Translations under genes and position numbers: made by a program | Source: Spirochaetota bacterium | Lineage (GTDB): Bacteria > Spirochaetota > UBA4802 > UBA5550 | Reading direction: 5' to 3' | Length of the DNA: 64,000 bases | Assembly (NCBI GenBank): GCA_963664815.2 | Contig: CAXXHB010000003.1 | Location: 1,728,001-1,792,000, forward strand | In this document: piece by piece, positions 1 through 9,144 of the stretch | Layout: every line of letters starts with the position of its first letter | How positions within the stretch are numbered: position 1 is the stretch's first letter | The notes under the pieces: generated by a model | Databases searched by the model: none | What the model was told of the DNA's origin: nothing | What the model saw: the letters and a program-made list of their open reading frames with translations, nothing else

Positions 1-104
1 CCATTCGCAAGAGGAACAGCCATAAAAGTATTATCAGGTATATTACTCACCGCTTCATCGGCCGTCATAAGTTTCTTCCTGTAAAGTTCATTCCATTTTT
101 CCAT
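1..104 (-). CDS. Acetyl-CoA hydrolase/CoA-transferase family protein, N-terminal part (runs off window)
   Basis: Not in ORF track. ATG at 104 with AGGTG RBS; translates MEKWNELYRKKLMTADEAVSNIPDNTFMAVPLANG, the typical Y..Kl.tadEAv..I start of 4-hydroxybutyrate/butyryl-CoA transferases; directly downstream of a paralog. Confidence 0.75.
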   Translation of the reverse strand, partial: MEKWNELYRKKLMTADEAVSNIPDNTFMAVPLAN

Positions 105-115
105 TGTATTCACCT

Positions 116-1489
116 TTATATGATTTTATTGCTTTTGCGCCAGATTTTCTGATTTTCCGCAGATTTAATCAGTTCATCTCTGAAATCCGGATGGGCTATA
201 GAAATTATCTTTTCCGCCCTTGCCCACGTTGAGTCACCCTTGAGCGTTATCCAGCCGTACTCTGTGGCAATTATATTGATCATCTGCCTCGGCACAGTTA
301 CTATAGTTCCAGGATCTAAAAAAGGTATTATTCTTGATTTAAGTTCTCCGGAAGATGTTTTATAAGTGGATGGAAGGCAAATTATGCTTTTACCCCCTTT
401 TGACCAGTAAGCTCCCTGAACAAAGTCAAACATCCCTCCGTTGCCGGATATCTGTTTAAAGCCCATACTTTCAGCATTGATCTGCGTATATAGGTCGACC
501 TGCAGTGCGGAGTTGACAGATATAACATGGTCGTTCATACATATATTCCGCGGGTCATTGATGTATCCCACATTGTACGATGCGATGGCACTGTTATCGT
601 TCATGAAAGAGTAGAGCCTGGATCCGCCGACTGCGAAAGTGAATGACATTCTTTCTTTGTCGATGTTTTTCTTTTTACCGGTCATTATACCGGCTTCAAA
701 CAGGTCAACATAAGAATCGACCAGCATCTCAGTGTGACAGCCAAGATCTTTAAAATCGGAATCTGCTATAAGTTTGCCGATAGAATTCGGCACACCCCCT
801 ATTCCGAACTGGACACATGCACCGTCAGTGATATGATTTATTACGTTAAGAGCGATTTTTCTTTCAGTTTCATCCGGTATGGGTTCAGGCGCTTCCATCA
901 GATTCGGGCTTCCGCCGTCAACAACATGAGTTACGTCTGATATATGTATTTTTTCAAACTGTCCGCCCGGGCAGACCGGGAGTTTATCATTAACCTCAAC
1001 AATCCTGATTTCGGCATATATCATGGATGTATATGTATGTGAGTTATGAAGACCGAAGTTAAAATAGCCTTCATTGTCCATCGGGGCAGTCTGCACAATA
1101 GATACACTTCGCGGGGGTGTTCCAACAAGATCGGGATTGCTCTTGACATCGGTATAATACCTTTCACATTCGCTGTAGATAATAGGATTATAGAAGACAT
1201 TATCCTTTACCTCCTGCAGAATACGCGTAAGTGGGCTGAAATGAAAATCGTTATATGTAAATTTCCCGTTTCCGCAGTCAATAACTGACGGGACAGGGGG
1301 GAGAGTCACGGCGGAAATAATATATATATTTTCAAGCTCGCAGCTTCTGGCTGCAAGAGCCCTGTCACAGGCCTGTGGCTTTCCGTTAAAAAAGCCATAA
1401 TCGATCCATGATCCCGATTTAATATCCTTAACCGCATTATCGGCACTGCACATTTTTGTGTGCAGGTTGTCTATAAGTCTCTGATTCAT
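116..1489 (-). CDS. Butyryl-CoA:acetate CoA-transferase / acetyl-CoA hydrolase family
   Basis: QFGIGGVPN, HTEM (catalytic Glu), QISGNGGMFDFVQGAYWSKGGKSIICLPST, IATEYG, IAHPDFRDEL motifs. Confidence 0.9.
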   Translation of the reverse strand: MNQRLIDNLHTKMCSADNAVKDIKSGSWIDYGFFNGKPQACDRALAARSCELENIYIISAVTLPPVPSVIDCGNGKFTYNDFHFSPLTRILQEVKDNVFYNPIIYSECERYYTDVKSNPDLVGTPPRSVSIVQTAPMDNEGYFNFGLHNSHTYTSMIYAEIRIVEVNDKLPVCPGGQFEKIHISDVTHVVDGGSPNLMEAPEPIPDETERKIALNVINHITDGACVQFGIGGVPNSIGKLIADSDFKDLGCHTEMLVDSYVDLFEAGIMTGKKKNIDKERMSFTFAVGGSRLYSFMNDNSAIASYNVGYINDPRNICMNDHVISVNSALQVDLYTQINAESMGFKQISGNGGMFDFVQGAYWSKGGKSIICLPSTYKTSSGELKSRIIPFLDPGTIVTVPRQMINIIATEYGWITLKGDSTWARAEKIISIAHPDFRDELIKSAENQKIWRKSNKII

Positions 1490-1574
1490 TTCGTATCTCC
1501 TTTCTGAAATTTATTCGAGAAATCACATTTTTGCTTCCAGTTTCAGGAGAGTTATTTTTATATTCAGAAAATAA

Positions 1575-3428
1575 TCAGAAAAGCTCCTCATTAAATTTAA
1601 GAGCGGACATATCGCCAGCTTCAATTGATTCTTTTATTGCAAGTGCCTGAGGGAGCACGTTATTTATGAAGAATGAAGCTGTAAGTATCTTGCTGTTATA
1701 AAACGCGGCATCTTTATCCTTTTCAATGAGAACCTTTAGTTTATCTTTATCTGTAATAAAGAATCCCTCATTCCCTGCCTTTTCAGACAGTTTTTCAGAT
1801 GCAATACCTGCCTGCCAGTAAAGCAGCCAGGCAGACATTACATGCCCGGTGAGATTAAGAAAAGGGTATGAATTTATTACAGGCACCATGAATTTTTTAT
1901 CATTCACACATTTTGTGAAGTATTCAACAGTTTTTGTAAGTACATCTACTGCCGACTCAAACTTTGTACTGAGATCTGTCAGTAGACTGTTTTTGCTGTA
2001 TTTTACAATAGCAGATTTCATCTCAGCCACAAGATTTTTAAAATTCTTACCGCCGTTCTGATTCAGCTTTCGTAAAACAAGATCCATTGACTGGATGCCG
2101 TTAGTACCTTCGTAGATTGAACCTATCTTCATATCCCGTAAGAACTGCTCCATCGGATAGTCCTTGCAGTATCCATAACCGCCGTAAACCTGCATCGCTG
2201 TTTCTGTAATTCTGAATCCGGTGTCTGTGCCGAATGCTTTAAGTACAGGAACCATGAATTCCATTATCCCGCCCCATTTTTCAGATTCTTCACCGGATAA
2301 TGCTTTTTTGCGGTCAATGGCATAAGCACAGAGGTAGACCATTGATCTGAGAGCTTCGACATGGGACTTCATCCATGACAGCATTCGTCTTACATCCGGG
2401 TGGTTGATTATTGTGACAGATTGAGCATCAGGATTCATTGTATTTATAATTGATTTACCCTGTATACGGTCTTTGGCGTACGCAAGAGCGTGGTGATATG
2501 CAGCTGAACCTGTACTGAGTCCCTGCACACCCATATTAATCCTCTCTTCGTTCATCATGTTGAACATGATTTTCATACCCTGACGTTCATTCCCAAGCAG
2601 TTCGGCATAACATTCATCATTATCTCCGAAACTCATGGCACAGGTTGCATTGGCGCGAAGTCCCATCTTGTGTTCTATTCCGGTGATTGTATAATCGTTG
2701 CGTTTACCCAATGATCCATCTTTGTTGAGTAGATATTTCGGAACAAGAAAAATTGATATACCGGAGGTTCCTGCCGGATCACCTTCAATTCTTGCAAGTA
2801 TAGGGTGAACAATATTTTCAAACATGTCACAATCGCCGCCTGAAATAAATATCTTCTGTCCTTTTATTCTGAATGTACCGTCACTCTGCCTGTATGCCTT
2901 GGTTTTAAGGGCGCCGACATCTGATCCGGCGTCAGGTTCAGTAAGAGCCATGGTGCCGCCATATGAACCGTCAAACATTTTGTACATGTATTTATTCTTC
3001 TGCTCTTCCGTTCCGTAATCATACAGAAGGTGTGCAGCTCCGACTGCGCCCCCTGAATACATGAAGTAGCCCATGTGGAAAAGATAATTCTCCTGCACGG
3101 CAACCTCTATAACATAGGGCATACCCTGACCCCCTGCATCCTGTGGAGCCGCAACTGTAAACCATCCCCCGCCGACCATGACTTTCTGAAGGTCATGGAA
3201 ACATTCCGGAACATGAGCTTCTCCATTGACAAGTGTTGCTCCCTCCCTGTCTCCTTCCATATATCTTGACAGAACCTCTTTTTCTCCGAGCTTCTGAGCC
3301 ATATCAAGAGTCATGTCGCATGTATCCCGGGAGAAATCACTGAATTTTTCAGTTTCAAAAAGCGATTCAATACCAAGCATCTCGTAAAGAACAAAGTCCT
3401 GGTCTCTCCTGTTTGTAATTAATGACAT
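1575..3428 (-). CDS. Long-form (~600 aa) acyl-CoA dehydrogenase
   Basis: TMALTEPDAGSDVG, GQKIFISGG, IEHKMGL, QVYGGYGYCKDYPMEQ, IYEGTNGIQSMDL. Confidence 0.93.
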   Translation of the reverse strand: MSLITNRRDQDFVLYEMLGIESLFETEKFSDFSRDTCDMTLDMAQKLGEKEVLSRYMEGDREGATLVNGEAHVPECFHDLQKVMVGGGWFTVAAPQDAGGQGMPYVIEVAVQENYLFHMGYFMYSGGAVGAAHLLYDYGTEEQKNKYMYKMFDGSYGGTMALTEPDAGSDVGALKTKAYRQSDGTFRIKGQKIFISGGDCDMFENIVHPILARIEGDPAGTSGISIFLVPKYLLNKDGSLGKRNDYTITGIEHKMGLRANATCAMSFGDNDECYAELLGNERQGMKIMFNMMNEERINMGVQGLSTGSAAYHHALAYAKDRIQGKSIINTMNPDAQSVTIINHPDVRRMLSWMKSHVEALRSMVYLCAYAIDRKKALSGEESEKWGGIMEFMVPVLKAFGTDTGFRITETAMQVYGGYGYCKDYPMEQFLRDMKIGSIYEGTNGIQSMDLVLRKLNQNGGKNFKNLVAEMKSAIVKYSKNSLLTDLSTKFESAVDVLTKTVEYFTKCVNDKKFMVPVINSYPFLNLTGHVMSAWLLYWQAGIASEKLSEKAGNEGFFITDKDKLKVLIEKDKDAAFYNSKILTASFFINNVLPQALAIKESIEAGDMSALKFNEELF

Positions 3429-3462
3429 TTTAATTCACCTCAATATTTCAGTATTATAATTA

Positions 3463-3486
3463 TCCGGAATTAAACATAATTCCGGA
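3463..3486. terminator. Inverted repeat between the two acyl-CoA dehydrogenase genes (hairpin or operator)
   Basis: TCCGGAATTA-AACA-TAATTCCGGA, perfect 10-bp arms; no strong U-tract. Confidence 0.4.
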
Positions 3487-3536
3487 CTGGACAATTATGA
3501 CAACAGCGCCATTTATGGCAATGGGTAAGTATGATT

Positions 3537-4784
3537 TTATTCATAAACCTTTTCTTCGGATTCATAGGCAGAAACAGCATCGAATTCAACATCCCTCGTC
3601 ATATTCGCTTTTTTATTTCTTTCGTTCTCTTTATACCATTCTGTCTGGATTATATGCTGCATTATTTCATTTGTTCCAACCCAGATCATGGAGAGCCTTA
3701 TATCACGAAGAATTCTCTCTATCGGGAATACATTGGTGTAACCTATTCCCCCCATTACCTGCATACAGTTATTAACAACCTGCCATGAACCCTCTGTGAT
3801 GAATTTCTTCGTCTGTGAAACCATTCTTCTTATTCTTCCGGCGCTTGCTTTCCCTGAATCGATTGCAATAGCGGTAGTATATGCCATGGATCTCATTGCG
3901 TCCATTGTCATTGCGCAATCGGCGACCTTGAATCCAACAGCCTGGAAGTCCATTATAGGCTGTCCGAATGCCTTTCGTCTTGAAGTATATGAAGTAGCTA
4001 TTTCGAGTGCAGGGCGTACGGAACCTATTGTCATTGCCGCTGTACCAAGCCTTTCAGGCACCATGTTTGTCATAAATACATCAAAACCGTTATGCACACC
4101 GTTGAGAGCGTAACGTTCTGGTACGCGGACTTCATCAAGTATAAGCCTGCCGGCTCCACCGCCTCTGACACCCATAAGACCATAGATGTATTTTGATTCA
4201 ACACCCTTTGTGCGTGGAACCATGAAACATGTCATTCTTCTGTGTGGAGGCGCAGATGGATCAGTAACAGCATATACCATGAACCAGTCGGCTCCCTCAG
4301 CGCCAACTATAAAGCGTTTCTGCCCGCTTATAATCCAATCGTCACCATCTTTGCGTGCTTTTGTTGTTGCACCAAAAAAGTCTGAGCCTCCTCTCGGTTC
4401 TGTGAGGCACTCGGCGGCAAATGTATCACCTTTCAGAAGCGGTACGACAATCTCCTGTTTCATCTCCTCTGAGCCGTATTTTATAATGGCTTCACATACT
4501 ATGTCGGCACCCACTCCCCAGATACAGGCGAGTGAATAGCTGGCAACCCCTATCTCCTCAGCGACAATTATATCCTCAGCCCAACCCAGACCTCTTCCAC
4601 CGTACTCCTTCGGCAGCCTTATTCCAAGCAGGTTTCTTTTACCGCACTCCTGCAGGTATTCTCTGGGGAATTGAATCTCCTCCTTATCCATTGCGAGAAT
4701 CATCTCCCTTGGCACCCATTTTGTTAATTCCCTTGCTTCATCTCTCAATTTCTGCTGCTGTTCTGTCATCGCAAAATCAAACAT
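3537..4784 (-). CDS. Acyl-CoA dehydrogenase
   Basis: CLTEPRGGSD, GQKRFIVGA, RKAFGQPI, QVMGGIGYT, IWVGTNEIM. Confidence 0.92.
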   Translation of the reverse strand: MFDFAMTEQQQKLRDEARELTKWVPREMILAMDKEEIQFPREYLQECGKRNLLGIRLPKEYGGRGLGWAEDIIVAEEIGVASYSLACIWGVGADIVCEAIIKYGSEEMKQEIVVPLLKGDTFAAECLTEPRGGSDFFGATTKARKDGDDWIISGQKRFIVGAEGADWFMVYAVTDPSAPPHRRMTCFMVPRTKGVESKYIYGLMGVRGGGAGRLILDEVRVPERYALNGVHNGFDVFMTNMVPERLGTAAMTIGSVRPALEIATSYTSRRKAFGQPIMDFQAVGFKVADCAMTMDAMRSMAYTTAIAIDSGKASAGRIRRMVSQTKKFITEGSWQVVNNCMQVMGGIGYTNVFPIERILRDIRLSMIWVGTNEIMQHIIQTEWYKENERNKKANMTRDVEFDAVSAYESEEKVYE

Positions 4785-4798
4785 AGTATTTCTCCTTG

Positions 4799-4845
4799 AA
4801 AATATACTTAAAGTTGACTTTAACTTTAAGTATATTTTTTGTCAA
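4799..4845 (-). promoter_or_regulatory. Sigma70 promoter of the acyl-CoA dehydrogenase operon overlapped by a palindromic operator
   Basis: Minus strand TTGACA(4845-4840)-17 bp-TAAAGT; perfect inverted repeat AAAATATACTTAAAGTT-N6-AACTTTAAGTATATTTT at 4799-4838. Confidence 0.7.
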
Positions 4846-4964
4846 TAATTTTATAACAAATGCATAAGAGGGATCAGTTTTTATACTATCTTTATTGTAA
4901 TTATATTAATATTGACAATGATGAGAGTATAAATTCAGGTTTGTTTTGAGTTAACAGGAGTATA

Positions 4965-5345
4965 ATGAATAAAGAAACTTATACAATATCAGAACTTGCA
5001 GCTGAGCTGGAAATAAGCGCGTCAACAATAAGGTTTTACGAGGAGAAGGGACTTCTGTCTCCTGAAAGAACGCAGGGAAACCAGCGGATTTATACACACA
5101 GGGAGCGGGGCAGGCTTAAACTTATATTAAGGGGTAAAAGATTCGGAGCTACTCTTGAAGAGATTGCCGAGATGATCGGGATGGCTGATACCGATTTTAA
5201 TGAAAAGATACAGATTGACAAGAGCCTCTATTATCTTGATAAAAAATACCAGGAGATTCAGGATCATAAAAAGGAGATAAAACTTTTTGAGAATGACCTG
5301 ATGACTTTAAAGAAAAAGTTAATTGAGAGGCTTAAACAGATTTAA
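4965..5345 (+). CDS. MerR-family transcriptional regulator (LiuR-like)
   Basis: YTISELAAELEISASTIRFYEEKGLLSPER...RIY...RLKLILRGKRFG; divergent from acyl-CoA dehydrogenases. Confidence 0.9.
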   Translation: MNKETYTISELAAELEISASTIRFYEEKGLLSPERTQGNQRIYTHRERGRLKLILRGKRFGATLEEIAEMIGMADTDFNEKIQIDKSLYYLDKKYQEIQDHKKEIKLFENDLMTLKKKLIERLKQI

Positions 5346-5972
5346 GAAAATTGAATCATGTGATAATAATTATATTATTAGTATTGAAAAACAGATTTTA
5401 AATATCAGAAAGTTACTATTTACTCCATAAAGCTTCTGCGGGATCAGGATTTGATATAGAAATGGATGGATATATGCCAGCGACAGCTGACAACTGCACA
5501 TATTTTTAAACTGGAGGGATTACAAAAAAAACCAGTTTTGTAAATAAACCTGTTATATCTTTTATTCTGAACACGATTACAGGATTTAAGGATTCTCAAA
5601 ATTTTCTGCTGACAGGAGCACTGTACACTAACTTACATACGTTGTGCATCTACAGGTTAATTATCAATAGCATGGCAGATTTATGATAAAAGCCAGACTC
5701 TCTTTACAGAAAAGTCAATTTCGCCTTGATTTCACTTCAATTCCGTCTCAAACACGCTGCTGACAGTTAAAAACGCGCGATTTTCTCTGCCGGTAACGGT
5801 ATTGAAACGGTATTCAGCAGGGTCTTCATACTTCTGAAACACCGTTTCGGCAGGTTTAGCGTAAATTCACTGCAGGAAAAAATTCAACGTCTCCCTTCTG
5901 TGTTCATTCAGTAAATACGATCCAGCTATCAGAAGCCGGCGGTTTGTTTCTGAATCTGCTCCCTTTTTTATT

Positions 5973-6335
5973 TTAAAGTTTATTATTTACCAGGTGAAGT
6001 CCTCCATCACACTCGATAATTGTTCCGGTCATAAAGGTGTTCCCTATAAGGAATGCTATGGCCCCGGCAATATCAGCAGGCCTGCCAATACGTCCGACAG
6101 GAGTCTGTTCAGCAAACTTCTGAAAAATGGATGTTTTCATTTTATTATCATACATGTCCCACCATGGAGTGTCGACAACTCCCGGAGAGACAGCGTTGAT
6201 ACGTCTCGGCCTGAGTTCGACGGCAAGAGGTCTGATCAGTCCTTCAATCGCTGCGTTGAGCGCAGAAAGTTTCTCATAGTAGTGAATTGTATGAATTGAT
6301 AGACCAGTATATTCAGAAAACTCCCCGATTTTCAT
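5973..6335 (-). pseudogene. Chimeric remnant: MerR HTH N-terminus fused in frame to an SDR oxidoreductase C-terminus
   Basis: MKIGEFSEYTGLSIHTIHYYEKL (MerR) joined to SALNAAIEGLIRPLAVELRPRRINAVSPGVVDT...GRIGRPADIA...DGG (SDR C-half, no Rossmann GxxxGxG). Confidence 0.8.
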
Positions 6336-6862
6336 TGATTCCACCCGGTATTAAATAGTCTCTTTGAGGTAAAACGCTGTCCGCTTGCGGCATGGTGGCT
6401 GATCTAACTGAACAGGGTTATAGACATTTTTGTCAAGAATATTCATCCGGTATTAAATGGAAGAGCCTGTATTGTATCCGTCCGGATGTTTACTGCCGGA
6501 ATTTAATTAATATTGTTAGTTTATAAGAGAGGCTGCCTGCGATGACAGCCACTTTCTGAGTTGAAGGTAAAACCTGAACTTATGGAATAAAATCCTGTCT
6601 ATACGGGAAAATACGATTATCTTCAGAGGGTGTAAACTCAAATTTCTGAAGATAAAGGATCATAAAAAAGTTTTATAGCGATAGTGTAAAACAGGTGCAG
6701 TATTGTTACGAATAACTTGACTTTATATAGAAGAAAGAGTAATTATAGTTTTAACAAATGAATCAGTACTCTTCTGGTCATCATATATTGGTAAAAGAAA
6801 GCTGAATTAAGATCAGTAATTATTCCTAAAGATATATTTTAATGTAAAATAATGAATTATAA

Positions 6863-6889
6863 ACTCCCGCCGCCTTTTGCGGCGGGAGT
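6863..6889. terminator. GC-rich hairpin, probable intrinsic terminator
   Basis: ACTCCCGCCGC-CTTTT-GCGGCGGGAGT, perfect 11-bp stem. Confidence 0.55.
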
Positions 6890-6968
6890 AATAGAGCCTT
6901 TTTCACTTTAAAAAAGTTAAGGAATAAATGCTGATAAAAAAAATAATTTTTCAGGGGTGAATCTAAAA

Positions 6969-7895
6969 ATGAAAAAAACATTAATAAATATCATTCGGAT
7001 ATCTTTTTTTACATTATTAATCTGCCCGTATGCAGATGCCGCAACTTCTCCGGATAACGGATTTCCGGGTCTTTCACTTGATTCAATTATAAATTTAAAC
7101 CAGTCACATGTTAATGACATATATACGCCATTGACGCATTTCGGCAAAGGGGATACCGCATTGACTTTCAGTCCGGTATACTTTAATGTAGCGGTTGTAG
7201 TTGACTCGTCAAAGGCTAAAATTACCGGGGATGGGCTAAGCGGATATGGCGGTGGTTTAACATTTTCTTCAGCTTTTACTGACAGGTTCTTTTTTGATTT
7301 AAATTACGCATATTCAACAGTTTCGGGCGACATGCTTGTAAGCTTTCCGGATTACGGGATAAACAACGATGTCTATGTAATAACTGTAAAGAATAAAGCG
7401 CACTACGGAAAAGCCGGATTGGGGTTTGATATTATAAAATCAAAGAGCTGGTCAATGCCGGTAATTGTGGGTGGTTATTTAAAATACCTGGATGCCGATG
7501 TTGTGACTAAACAGTATAAAAGCAGCGGTTATACGGTTAATGAAGATCTGATGAATGGAAAGGGCAGCGGAACAGTCTGGGGCGCTTCTGCTACAGTTGT
7601 ATTGTCATATAAACTGGATGGGATGAAAATTTCACCGTATGTAACGTTTATTAAGGATTTTAATGAACTGGAGATAGAGAATCTTAAACTTCATTCCCCG
7701 AAGGTCAACGGCAGGGATAATCCGTCATCAATACTGCCCGGTTTCAGCCTGGCATATGTTTCAGGAAAAGACTTTGATTTTACATTCAGCTTAAGCGGTG
7801 TACTGTTCACTCAGACAAATTACTATAACGACCTGTTCCTTATGGGGCTTAAAACCCAGAATTATATGTTAAGTATCACTTATAAAAATTTATAA
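6969..7895 (+). CDS. Exported hypothetical protein, probable outer-membrane beta-barrel
   Basis: Signal peptide ending ADA; alternating amphipathic strands (YGGGLTFSSAFTDRFFFDLNYAYS, YGKAGLGFDI, YMLSITYK). Confidence 0.6.
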   Translation: MKKTLINIIRISFFTLLICPYADAATSPDNGFPGLSLDSIINLNQSHVNDIYTPLTHFGKGDTALTFSPVYFNVAVVVDSSKAKITGDGLSGYGGGLTFSSAFTDRFFFDLNYAYSTVSGDMLVSFPDYGINNDVYVITVKNKAHYGKAGLGFDIIKSKSWSMPVIVGGYLKYLDADVVTKQYKSSGYTVNEDLMNGKGSGTVWGASATVVLSYKLDGMKISPYVTFIKDFNELEIENLKLHSPKVNGRDNPSSILPGFSLAYVSGKDFDFTFSLSGVLFTQTNYYNDLFLMGLKTQNYMLSITYKNL

Positions 7896-8221
7896 TCGCA
7901 GGATCTGTATAACATCAAAGGGTGGCCGGTTCTTTTTTTACGCATTGCCTTCACAAAATCACTGGAATATCAATTCAATTCAGAAGAAAATCTTCAGTTC
8001 GGTATAGCAGAGGTAAGAGTGGATAACATTGAAGGTGATTTATTCAGGACAGAGATTATAAGTCATTTTTCTGACACAATAACAATCAGGCATAAGGATG
8101 ACATAGAGTATCTCTGTTTTGATAAGAATAATATTTATGAAATATCATATAACCGGCAGATACCATGATAATACCGGCAATGTGGTTTTTTGTAACCCCT
8201 GATTAAGTCAGAGGTTAAATG

Positions 8222-8294
8222 CGCGCCCGGTAGGAGTCGAACCTACGACGCACGGATTCGAAGTCCGACGCTCTATCCACTGAGCTACGGGCGC
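8222..8294 (-). tRNA. tRNA-Arg (anticodon UCG), CCA not encoded
   Basis: GCGCCCG acceptor stem, TAGCTCAGTGGATAGAGC D-arm, anticodon loop CT-TCG-AA, GGTTCGACTCC T-arm. Confidence 0.96.
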
Positions 8295-8347
8295 ATTTTA
8301 ATCTGTTTATTTAGTATACCAAATGTTGTCAAGTCAATAAAGATAAC

Positions 8348-9136
8348 TTATTTTTCCGGGAAAACTTTTATGAATCTTTCTTTAATATCAGAATATCTAT
8401 TGTCGTGCATTGTGTAAAGTCTGCAGTTGCTTTTTTTTAGCTGAGCAATGAAATCCATATTGTTACTGTGGCTGACAACTGAACCATTGCCGGTATTTGT
8501 TGCAACATTTTCAGGGAGATAAATCTCGTCCCCTGTGAAACAGTAATTTTTTTTATTAAAGTTTAAAAAAACCGCCGATGAACCCTTTGTATGACCACCA
8601 GCTTTTTTTATATTGAATATACCATAAAGCACAGTGCTTTCATCAAATACAGTAACATTCGGATTGTTTTTAAAAAATTCCTTAACAGCGTTCATTTTTG
8701 ATGCATTAAGAGCAGAGAGCTCTTCTTTGTTAATATAGAAACGGGCATTTTTAAAAAAAACGGCATTACCTATATGGTCAAAATGTGAATGTGTAATTAT
8801 TACATCGGTTATCTCTTCCGGCTTGATGCTGTTATCTATTAGAATTGACACTGGATCTTTAAAGTCCTGTATCTGAAAAAGTTTTACCATTCCGGGATCA
8901 TTAAAACCTGTATCGATGAGAATTTTTTTATCACCATAGGTTATGTAATACATCAGCCAGCTGAAGGGAACAGATTCCCCCGATGTGTCACCATAAAACA
9001 CGAAGCGTTTCTGGAATGAAGACCTGCCGTATTTAACTGCGAAGACATTAAGGTCATTACCGCCGCTTTTACACTCCGTAACTGAAGCGGTAATGAAAGA
9101 AATTGCGGATATCAGTACGGCAAGCTTCTTCTTCAT
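8348..9136 (-). CDS. Exported metallo-beta-lactamase-fold hydrolase (AiiA/AHL-lactonase-like)
   Basis: N-terminal signal peptide; LIDTG, THSHFDHIG, GGHTKGS, FTGD, MHD motifs. Confidence 0.85.
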   Translation of the reverse strand: MKKKLAVLISAISFITASVTECKSGGNDLNVFAVKYGRSSFQKRFVFYGDTSGESVPFSWLMYYITYGDKKILIDTGFNDPGMVKLFQIQDFKDPVSILIDNSIKPEEITDVIITHSHFDHIGNAVFFKNARFYINKEELSALNASKMNAVKEFFKNNPNVTVFDESTVLYGIFNIKKAGGHTKGSSAVFLNFNKKNYCFTGDEIYLPENVATNTGNGSVVSHSNNMDFIAQLKKSNCRLYTMHDNRYSDIKERFIKVFPEK

Positions 9137-9144
9137 TATCCGGA

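Noticed and set aside
5566-5594. Short GATT-rich repeat (CTGAACACGATTACAGGATTTAAGGATT) resembling a dispersed intergenic repeat
   Set aside because: Single copy in this window; cannot be supported without a genome-wide search
5616-5650. attC-like end (ACTAAC...CGTTGTGC)
   Set aside because: Too short, no L boxes or extended dyad, no integron integrase or second site
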